This document shows positions 42,101 through 52,570 of a stretch of DNA of 64,000 nt, in pieces. Numbering within the stretch: position 1 is the first letter of the stretch; every line of letters starts with the position of its first letter. The DNA comes from Antedon mediterranea (taxonomy: Eukaryota; Animalia; Echinodermata). The notes under the pieces were generated by a model, which saw nothing but the letters and a program-made list of their open reading frames with translations, was not told the origin of the DNA and ran no database searches. The stretch covers positions 17,360,001-17,424,000 of the forward strand of contig NC_092674.1 in assembly GCF_964355755.1 (NCBI RefSeq). The letters run 5' to 3'. Position numbers and translations under genes: made by a program.

Positions 42101-45100
42101 TATGTTCAATCAAATGTTAAATTAAATTTTTTGTTTTATTTCAGACCAAGAAATAGTGTGTAGAGTAGTAATGTATTTCCAACTATTATAATTGTTTGTT
42201 TATTGTTTATTTTTTTTTAAAATATGTATGTTAATTACAAAAATCTTTTTTTTAGAGTTCGTAGAGTATCACCACTCTGTCTCAGGTCCAAATTTTGAGG
42301 TGTACATGCAGTACACTTTAAAATTATTTATTATTTTGTTAGTATTTAATAGAATGTGTGTTTGTTTTATTTTAATCTATGCTTAAATCCACCACATTCA
42401 AATTCGGATGTGGCATACACTTTCATATTAACATCATCCACCAGATAACTGCATGCATGTTTATTTGTTTAGTAGTTTATAGAATGTGTTTGTATGTTTG
42501 TTTTTTTTTTATTTAATCTATGCTAATTTTTCAGATTCAAATCCTGATGTGGCATACACTTTCATATTAACATCATCCACCAGATAACTGCATGCATGTT
42601 TATTTATTTAGTAGTTTATAGAATGTGTTTGTGTGTTTGTTTTATTTTAATTTAATCTATGCTAATCACTCAGATTCAAATCCTGATGTGGCATACACTT
42701 TCATATTAACATCATCCACCAGATAACTGCATGAATGTTTATTTGTTTAGTAGTTTATAGAATGTGTTTGTATGTTTGTTTTATTTTAATTTAATCTATG
42801 CTAATCACTCAGATTCAAATCCTGATGTGGCATACACTTTCATATTAACATCATCCACCAGATAACTGCATGCATGTTTATTTGTTTACTAGTTTATAGA
42901 ATGTGTTTGTGTGTTTGTTTTTTAAAAATTTAATCTATGCTAATTTTTCAGATTCAAATCCTGATGTGGCATACACTTTCATATTAACATCATCCACCAG
43001 ATAACTGCATGCATGTTTATTTGTTTAGTAGTTTATAGAATGTGTTTCAGTTTTTGTTTTTTTTAATTTAATCTATACTAATTTTTCAGATTCAAATTCG
43101 GATGTGGCATACACTTTCATATCTCACATCATCCACCAGATAACTGCATGCATGTTTTTTTTGTTTAGTAGTTTATAGAATGTGTTAATCCATGCTAATC
43201 ACTAAAATCTATTTCTTTTATAGAATGCTATCATAGCTCAGCTGGTAGAGCATCGGCACTCTTGTCGAAGGTCTCGGGTTCAAATCCTGATGTGGCATAC
43301 ACTTTCATATTAACATCATCCACCAGATAACTGCATGCATGTTTATTTGTTTAGTAGTTTATAGAATGTGTTTGTGTGTTTGTTTTATTTTAATTTAATC
43401 TATGCTAATTTTTCAGATTCAAATCCTGATGTGGCATACACTTTCATATTAACATCATCTACCAGATAACTGCATGCATGTTTTTTTGTTTAGTAGTTTA
43501 TAGAATGTGTTTGTGTGTTTATTTTACTTTAATTTAATCTATGCTAATCACTCGGATTAAAATCCTGATGTGGCATACACTTTCATATTAACATCATCCA
43601 CCAGATAACTGCATGCATGTTTATTTGTTTAGTAGTTTATAGAATGTGTTTGTGTGTTTATTTTTGTTAATTTAATCTATGCTAATCACTCAGATTCAAA
43701 TCCTGATGTGGCATACACTTTCATATTAACATCATCCACCAGATAACTGCATGCATGTTTTTTTTGTTTAGTAGTTTATAGAATGTGTTAATCTATGCTA
43801 ATCACTAAAATCTATTTCTTTTATAGAATGCTATCATAGCTCAGCTGGTAGAGCATCGGCACTCTTGTCGAAGATCTCGGGTTCAAATCCTGATGTGGCA
43901 TACACTTTCATATTAACATCATCCACCAGATAACTGCATGCATGTTTATTTGTTTAGTAGTTTATAGAATGTGTTTGTGTTTTGTTTTATTTTAGTTTAA
44001 TCTATGCTAATTTTTCAGATTCAAATCCTGATGTGCCATACACCTTCATATTAACATCATCCACCAGATAACTGCATGCACGTTTTTTTGTTTAGTAGTT
44101 TATAGAATATGTTAATCCATGCTAATCACTAAAATCTATTTCTTTTATAGAATGCTATCATAGCTCAGCTGGTAGAGCATCGGCACTCTTGTCGAAGGTC
44201 TCGGGTTTGAATCCTGATGTGGCATACACTGTCATATTAACATCATCCACCAGATAACTGCATGCATGTTTTTTTGTTTAGTAGTTTATAGAATGTGTTT
44301 GTGTGTTTATTTTATTTTAATTTAATCTATGGTAATCACTCAGATTCAATTCCTGATGTGGCATACACTTTCATATTAACATCATCCACCAGATTACTGC
44401 ATGCATGTTTATTTTTTATTTACTTTGTAATTGTTTTTAAATACTTTAATTTTCGCTGTATGTCTTAATCCATGCTAATTTCTTAGCTTAATTGTGATGC
44501 AAATCAAAGTTATATAGGTAAGTTATACATTTACATTTTTTTTTTGGTTGGCAGTCCTGAATATATTAAGTTCAGACAACAAAAAGTCTGTAAATTTGCA
44601 GGTAACCTTTTATTTATAAAATTATTATAAAGTTTCATTTTTTGATAGATAATTAATAGTTTCAATTTAAAAATAAATGTGTACCTTTTATTGACAAAAA
44701 CAATTCATTTTATCTATGCTGGAGAATTATAATTACCTAATTTCTACTACTAACTACTACATTTAGGTCAAATACAAAGTTCTCTTTATCCCAAATAATT
44801 ACTATTAATTTAGATAACCAATCCCAGACACTAATAAATAAAATTACTGTAATAACAATTGTAATATAATAATAATTATGTCATGGGTCAACTTTCGGAT
44901 CCTGAACTTTGTTTTCCAAGAATGGACTTATTTTTAATGTCATTAAAGTCTTTTTAACTTCTATAGAGCCATCTACAACAATGAGCCGGTTCAAGGCCTA
45001 CATGTTAGAAACTTTAAAAATACCGGCAAAGCATGCAGCACAGGTCATAAAGGGGATAGAGGGAATTTGGAGTGAAGCAGGGGAGAAGGGATATTCTCCA

Positions 45101-48100
45101 AAGATATTAAAGACGTAACATTTTTTTATTACAATTATATTAATAGAAAAAGGAAGAAGCCAAACAATTTAAATTTCATTTAGCATTAAAATAAAAAGTT
45201 TTCTTAAATTTCAGCTATAGATTGTGAGTATAATGTATTATTGCCTGCTACCTTCATTTTCTTGAAGGAAGAAATAAATGTTAAGTTGAATTTGAATTGA
45301 ATTTTAAACCATGTGAAGTTACCATGAATCACTTGATCCTAATTACCATATTGAAGATATTACATATTTTAATATTTGATTTTTGTGTATTGTACTCTTC
45401 TTTTCATTTTTTTAAAAATAATTGTTTAGTGCTGTTAGCCATTTACAATTGAAGCTTGCTGGCTCCACGTTAAGACACTACCTGTGCTCCTTTGTGAAAA
45501 TATTGGACTACATTTCAATATACGAATCTAAATCTGTTTCGCTTGCCGAAATATACAAGTGCAAAGATGCATGCAAAGGCCTGAGCAAAGCTCTCAGAAA
45601 ACGCATTTCTGAAGAGAAGGCCAAAAAGCACGAAGAAATTGAAGGTAACATCTACTGAATTAAAGTTTTTCTTTTCATCAAATGTTTGAAAGTCATATTA
45701 TTTAAATTGAAATAATAATAATAATATGTTTTAATTTTCTTTTAAGGTGATCTAGTTTCGGCGGACGAACAATCCCATTATCTCAGAAAATCTGAGAAAA
45801 CAATTAAAAGCATAGTTGGTATGTTTTTTATATTATTTCTTTATCCATAAAATGTATTGATAATCATAAGATTTATCATATTGTATGTTATTAGGTAAAG
45901 ACTAGGAGAAACTTGGAGAAATAACTAAAACTAACCTTAATCCTAGCTTATTTAGTCATTGTGTTAGTAAAGGTAATTAGGTATAGGTAAAATGTTGATT
46001 ATGATATTGTTCTAAGGTTCACCTGTATTTACCAGGACAAGGTCACTATGTAAATGATCAAAATCCTTTTACTAAACTAAGTACAGTAGTAGTTAATTGA
46101 TTTCCAAGTACCCTTAATCTATCTGGGTGCATTCTTGCACAATATTATTATGGTTGTCTGGCTGGCTATCCTTTTACTTTTACTATTGATATATAAAAAT
46201 GTAGTATGTTACCTTTTATTTCAGGCATTGGATGATTGGCAATTTTAATTTTATTAAATTAAACTAGGAGAATGGGAAAAGTAAACTATTTTAAAGGCAA
46301 AAATATTCACACATAATTTTATAATAAATAAATAACCTTATTTCTGAACATTTACATCTAGTTCAAATCCTGATGTGTCATACATCATCCACTCAATAAC
46401 TGTGTATTTAATTTTTAATATTTTGTTTTAGTGGTTTATAGAATGTGTTAATCCATGCTAATCACTAAAATCTATTTCTTTTATAGAATACTATCATAGC
46501 TCAGCTGGTAGAGCATCGGCACTCTTGTTGAAAGTCTCAGGTTCAAATCCTGATGTGGCATACACTTTCATATTAACATCATCCACCAGATAACTGCATG
46601 CATGTTTTTTTTTTGTTTAGTAGTTTATAGAATGTGTTTGTGTGTTTATTTTACTTTAATTTAATCTATGCTAATCACTCAGATTCAAATCCTGATGTGG
46701 CATACACTTTCATATTAACATCATCCACCAGATAACTGCATGCATGTTTATTTGTTTAGTAGTTTATAGATTGTGTTAATCCATGCTAATCACTAAAATC
46801 TATTTCTTTTATAGAATGCTATCATAGCTCAGCTGGTAGAGCATCGGCACTCTTGTCGAAGGTCTCGGGTTCAAATCCTGATGTGGCATACACTTTCATA
46901 TTAACATCATCCACCAGATAACTGCATGCATGTTTATTTATTTAGTAGTTTATAGAATGTGTTTGTGTGTTTGTTTTATTTTAATTTAATCTATGCTAAT
47001 CACTCAGATTCAAATCCTGATGTGGCATACACTTTCATATTAACATCATCCACCAGATAACTGCATGAATGTTTATTTGTTTAGTAGTTTATAGAATGTG
47101 TTTGTATGTTTGTTTTATTTTAATTTAATCTATGCTAATCACTCAGATTCAAATCCTGATGTGGCATACACTTTCATATTAACATCATCCACCAGATAAC
47201 TGCATGCATGTTTATTTGTTTAGTAGTTTATAGAATGTGTTTGTATGTTTGTTTTATTTTAATTTAATCTATGCTAATCACTCAGATTCAAATCCTGATG
47301 TGGCATACACTTTCATATCTAACATCATCCACCAGATAACTGCATGCATGTTTATTTATTTAGTAGTTTATAGAATGTGTTTGTGTGTTTGTTTTATTTT
47401 AATTTAATCTATGTTAATCACTCAGATTCAAATCTGATGTGGCATACACTTTCATATTAACATCATCCACCAGATAACTGCATGAATGTTTATTTGTTTA
47501 GTAGTTTATAGAATGTGTTTGTATGTTTGTTTTATTTTAATTTAATCTATGCTAATCACTCAGATTCAAATCCTGATGTGGCATACACTTTCATATTAAC
47601 ATCATCCACCAGATAACTGCATTAATGTTTATTTGTTTAGTAGTTTATAGAATGTGTTTGTGTGTTTGTTTTTTTTAAATTTAATCTATGCTAATTTTTC
47701 GGATTCAAATCCTGATGTGGCATACACTTTCATATTAACATCATCCACCAGATAACTGCATGCATGTTTTTTGTTTAATAGTTTATAGAATGTGTTAATC
47801 CATGCTAATCACTAAAATCTATTTCTTTTATAGAATGCTATCATAGCTCAGCTGGTAGAGCATCGGCACTCTTGTCGAAGGTCTCGGGTTCAAATCCTGA
47901 TGTGGCATACACTTTCATATCTCACATCATCCACCAGATAACTGCATGCATGTTTATTTATTCAGTACTTTATAGAATGTGTTTGTGTGTTTATTTTTGT
48001 TAATTTAATCTATGCTAATCACTCGGATTCAAATCCTGATGTGGCATACACTTTCATATCTAACATCATCCACCAGATAACTGCATGCATGTTTATTTGT

Positions 48101-51100
48101 TTAGTAGTTTATAGAATGTGTTTCAGTTTTTGTTTATTTTAATTTAATCTATACTAATTTTTCAAATTCAGATGTGACATACACTTTCATATCTCACATC
48201 ATCCACCAGATAACTGCATGCATGTTTATTTGTTTAGTAGTTTATAGAATGTGTTTGTGTGTTTGTTTTATTTTAGTTTAATCTATGCTAATTTTTCAGA
48301 TTCAAATCCTGATATGGCATACACTTTCATATCTCACATCATCCACCAGATTACTGCATGCATGTTTATTTGTTTAGTAGTTTATAGAATGTGTTTGTGT
48401 GTTTATTTTACTTTAATTTAATCTATGCTAATCACTCAGATTTAATTCATGATGTGGCATACACTTTCATATCTCACATCATCCACCAGATAACTGCATG
48501 CATGTTTATTTATTTAGTAGTTTATATAATGTGTTTGTATGTTTGTTTTATTTTAATTTAATCTATGCTAATCACTCAGATTCAAATCCTGATGTGGCAT
48601 ACACTTTCATATTAACATCATCCACCAGATAACTGCATGCATGTTTTTGTTTAGTAGTTTATAGAATGTGTTAATCCATGCTAATCACTAAAATTTATTT
48701 CTTGTATAGAATGCTAACATAGCTCAGCTGGTAGAGCATCGGCACTCTAGTCGAAGGTCTCCGGTTCAAATCCTGATCTGGCATACACTTTCATTTTTAT
48801 TTTGTTTTAGTAGTTTATAGAATGCTTTTTTCAATACTAATTAGTCATCAAATCCTGAATATTAACATCCACCTGACATGCACATGTTTATTTCTTTTAT
48901 TTCATTTTATTTTTAATTTTTGCTGATCATAAAAATCTATTTCTTTTAGAAAATGCTATTGGTAAGAAATCCATATTTTATGGGGTTTTTTTTCGGTCTT
49001 GCTCCTTCACTTATACAAATCTACTGATGTATAAGTTTGATTCAACAGATTTTTAGTACTAAAGTGGTTCCTCAACCTAATTTAGTTTTTATTAAAAAAA
49101 CTGTTTATCAAACTTTCAGAAACGATAAAGAACGGGGAGAGTTTGGAAAACCCATCTAAGCGGTTCCTCCGCATTCATATTATGCTACTTCTGTCCATGA
49201 ACAATGGCTGTAGGACTGGTGTTCTGGCAAATGCTACATTGGAGCAGTACTATAAAAGAACAGCAGCCACAAATGGCATGTCAGTTATGAAAGTGAGTAA
49301 AATATACATTTTTTAATGTATTCTTGAATATATGAATTAACAGTTTACATGTTTTGGTTGTTGTACACAGTTTAAGTTGTTCAGTGGGCTATCATTACAC
49401 AAATCAACAGCTACAGAAATATGATGAAGTCGATGAAGTAAGCTACAGAACAGTAAGAGTATTGTGAATTATAAAACATCCTTAGCAACCAATTTTGTTA
49501 TGTTGTCTATATGTTATATGTTAATAATCATTACTGTAAGTGATTTTGCAGGTTTCAAAGCATAAAACATCTTGTAAATTTGGTGCAGCAAATTTAGTGA
49601 TAACTGAAGAACTGGCTGAATTAATAGAGATTTACATAAAGTACTGTAGGCCAATACAATCGGCAACCGACCACCTGTTCCTGAGTTGCACAGGGGCATC
49701 AATTAGATGCGCTCAGGAAATGACCCGCCACTGGGCGGAAGTAACACACAGCACCAGGCCCATCAATCCCACCAATTTAAGAAAGGCAGCAGCCACTCTA
49801 GTATGTGATTGTTACTTATTGCTTTAAACCTATCAATAGATGAGAAATATTATTTTCAAGTGATAAACCATCAGTTATATTTTGTTTTGGGAATTATGTG
49901 GGACACAATTTGTAAGTGTAGAATAATTCATTACATATTACCTTCTCTTTAAATAATTTCATCAGTCCTGGGGTCACTGCGACGAAAGGGAAAGAGTTGT
50001 GGTTGCTGACCATATGGCCCACAAATTATCAACGCAAGAGGCATACTATAAAGCCACGCAATCCCGGGAGACGGCTGTAAGAGCCCACAATCTTATAGCA
50101 GCAAACCGTCAACTCGGGAGAAGTGGGGTAAGATTTAATTTCTGTCTAAAATGTTTGTATCCCGAAAGATGTTTATTTTTTATTGAAACATAACATAATA
50201 TAAAGAATATATCTAACACTTTAATAATTAGCAATCAACAAGAAAACAAACATTGCATCTATTAACTAAAATTTTACTTTACTTTTTTTAATGTGCTATG
50301 TACACTTTTTCAGAATATAAATGAAACTGCTGATGTCCAGGTAAGGATGGCCATTACTTTCATATAAAAAACAAAAGAATGCAAACTGTATAATTTATGT
50401 GTTTTATAAATGCTGTATAACTACCAATTAAAGGAACACAATTTCGCATCTTAAATCATTTTAATATTAAGCTTTTATTATCCCAAATGCAATACATACT
50501 TCACCTTAAGGTATATCTTTTCTAGGTAGCATTTTCACATGTGGAGATGAAATGCTGGTAAGATACAATTTTCACATAAATATATATTTTTCCAGTGTCC
50601 ATTTATTTACAGGACTGAATTCTATGTAATCATTATTATTATCTTGTATACCTCTTTACGAATAATGAAACAAGTAATGGTATTATGTACAATATTATTT
50701 TACATTCACCAGGAAATTTCTCAAGCACATGCGAATGAAGCGCCATCATCTGTAAGTATTCAATAATTGTTAATAAGGACACATTTGTAAAGCATCAAAC
50801 TAATATTGCCAGACCACACTCCAGTCCACACTCTTTTTAATTGGTACTGCAATATATGGTCAACGTTGATGTAGTATTTTTAAACAATTTGTATGAGTAC
50901 TGTACATTATCGTTTTAGTACTGCAGTATGATTCCTTGGGTGATGGTAGGATTTTGAGTCTCCCAATATATTGCACTAATGTTTTTACCAGGTCAGCAAA
51001 GTTTCCTGGTATATTTGGCTTTACTGTACTTGTTTAATTAGTTTTTATTTCAGGTCAGCAAAATGTCCCTTGTACTTGTATGGACATTCTTTAACTGTTT

Positions 51101-52501
51101 TTATCAGGTCTTGGTATCTCAAAAAACAGGAAAATGTTTACTTTTTAAATTTGCACATTACTCTTTGTATTCTCTAGTTTGTATGCTTAGTTAATTTATT
51201 TATACAAACTAATTTGAGGCCTCCCCAAGATAACTTCTGTAGTTTCTAAAGTAATTGTTCAAATCCTCACTTTGCAGTTGTATATTGTTTAAATGTAGTA
51301 GTTTTCAGAATGATTTTTCCATACTAAATATCAACATCTTCTTCTGTTATAGAATGCTATCATAGCTCAGTTGGTAGCTTAGTAGTTTATAGAATGTGTT
51401 TGTGCTTTTTTTTTTATTTAATCTATACTAATTTTTCAGATTCAAATCCTGATATGGCATACACTTTCATATCTCACATCATCCACCAGATAACTGCATG
51501 CATGTTTATTTGTTTAGTAGTTTATAGAATGTGTTTGTGTGTTTGTTTTATTTTAGTTTAATCTATGCTAATTTTTCAGATTCAAATCCTGATGTGGCAT
51601 ACACCTTCATATTAACATCATCCACCAGATAACTGCATGCACGTTTTTTGTTTGTTTAGTGGTTTATAGAATGTGTTGATCCATGCTAATCACTAAAATC
51701 TATTTCTTTTATAGGATGCTATCATAGCTCAGCTTGTAGAGCATCGGCACTCTGGTCTCGGGTTCAAATCCTGATGTGCCATACACTTTCATATTAACAT
51801 CATCCACCAGATAACTGCATGCACGTTTTTTGTTTGTTTAGTGGTTTATAGAATGTGTTAATCCATGCTAATCACTAAAATCTATTTCTTTTATAGGATG
51901 CTATCATAGCTCAGCTGGTAGAGCATCGACACTCTTGTCTCGGGTTGAAATCCTGATGTGGCATACACTTTTATTTTAACATCAACCACCAAATAACTGC
52001 ATGCATTTTTAGTTTTGTGTAGTACTGAGTTTATAGAATGTGTTTATTTTATTTTAATTTAATCTATGCTAATCACCCATAATCAAATCCATATGTGGCA
52101 TACAATTTCATATTAACATCATCCACCAGATAATCTTACAAGCACTTTAATTACTCCTGGTATTATTGTCATTATTATTGTTATCTAAAACATCAATACA
52201 ATTCTCATTTGAAATACTTAAAGTACATTTTCTGTAAAACTTATTTCACCTATTAATTTGACTTTATTATTTTTCTACTTTCAATATAACTAGTCTGTAA
52301 GCCATCCTCTATGTATGTTTAATGTTTATGTATTATCTATTTAATTGTAATAATCACCATCACATTATTAAATACAATTTTTATTTTTTTTTGTAGGCAA
52401 GAGAAGTCTATAACAAAAATCCAGTTCTCCATTACTCTGAATTTCAACAGTTATATGACAAAATGAGGAGGATCCATCCAAAGGTAGGTTTATGTTTTTA
52501 A
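39165..52501 (+). CDS. Multi-exon tyrosine recombinase (phage-integrase fold) with N-terminal acidic tract and two C2H2 zinc fingers; Crypton-like DNA transposon protein
   Basis: Phase-compatible exons: 40505-40717, 40906-40935, 41129-41153, 41477-41604; then 44967-45114, 45215-45223, 45430-45644, 45747-45818, 48950-48961, 49120-49292, 49552-49800, 49966-50127, 50314-50340; probable 50713-50751 and 52397-52483 (reading through gives TAA at 52499-52501). Putative first coding exon 39165-39188 (MDRFCNSP|GTAAGT). Motifs NGCRTG, VSKHKT, PTNLRKAAAT, ADHMAH, TQEAYY. Joins at 39.2-40.5 kb and 41.6-44.9 kb are unresolved. Confidence 0.85.
40505..40717 (+). CDS. Exon: Glu-rich acidic low-complexity tract of the recombinase
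   Basis: TTAATAG acceptor and GTAAGT donor at 40718. The frame reads SEDGEFEKKENKEEENMEEEE...EEVVE, and the split codon AT|G joins exon 40906 in frame. Confidence 0.75.
41477..41604 (+). CDS. Exon: C2H2 zinc finger 1
   Basis: CTACAG|...AG|GTGAGT. Translates NRKLLTCILCGRISRYLASHLEKAHKII (CxxC...L..H....H), in frame with exon 41129-41153. Confidence 0.85.
41953..42068 (+). CDS. Exon: C2H2 zinc finger 2
   Basis: TTCTAG|...CCT|GTAAGT. Translates KARHSCSVPGCSAKNLARYDMHLQRKHKFP. Its start phase does not directly match the finger-1 exon, so an intervening micro-exon or a lesion is needed. Confidence 0.75.
42335..44410 (+). repeat. Intronic tandem array 1 of tRNA-derived repeat (139-bp short unit and ~188-bp unit with full tRNA-like head)
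   Basis: CAGATTCAAATCCTGATGTGGCATACAC recurs at 42532, 42671 and 42810 (period 139). Full heads at 43227, 43830 and 44154. Confidence 0.95.
43227..43297 (+). pseudogene. tRNA-like/SINE head (representative copy; others at 43830, 44154, 46490, 46818, 47837, 48713, and truncated at 51356, 51718, 51900)
   Basis: A box TAGCTCAGCTGG, D stem GCTC/GAGC, stem TCGGC/GTCGA with a 6-nt loop, B box GGTTCAAATCC in T stem TCGGG/CCTGA. The acceptor stem is imperfect (GCTATCA/TGTGGC). Confidence 0.85.
44967..45818 (+). CDS. Four exons (one of 9 nt) encoding the probable core-binding (SAM-like) helical domain of the recombinase
   Basis: 44967-45114, 45215-45223, 45430-45644 and 45747-45818 join in frame: MSRFKAYMLETLKIPAKHAAQVIKGIEGIW...TYRFAVSHLQLKLAGSTLRHYLCSFVKILDY...GDLVSADEQSHYL. 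The STLRHYLxS motif resembles integrase N-terminal helices. Confidence 0.8.
46358..48900 (+). repeat. Intronic tandem array 2 of the same tRNA-derived repeat
   Basis: Same 139/~188-bp units with degenerate units at both edges; fills most of intron 45819-48949. Confidence 0.95.
49120..50127 (+). CDS. Three exons encoding the tyrosine recombinase catalytic domain
   Basis: Arg 49212-49214 (NGCRTGVLAN), Lys 49564-49566 (HKT), Arg 49780-49782 (TNLRK), His 50020-50022 (MAH), Tyr 50044-50049 (EAYY). Both internal introns are phase 0 with canonical GT-AG, and there are no stops. Confidence 0.92.
51350..52135 (+). repeat. Intronic tandem array 3 of the tRNA-derived repeat
   Basis: Same units; the heads at 51718 and 51900 share a short deletion in the anticodon-arm/variable region. 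Confidence 0.92.
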
Positions 52502-52570
52502 TTTCAGTGGCATGCAGTAGCAAGAAATTATTTAAAAGCATTGCAAGTTTTCTATAGAACTATGAAGATT

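Noticed and set aside
43227-43297. Functional tRNA gene cluster
   Set aside because: 6-nt anticodon loop and mismatched/bulged acceptor stem; no assignable anticodon.
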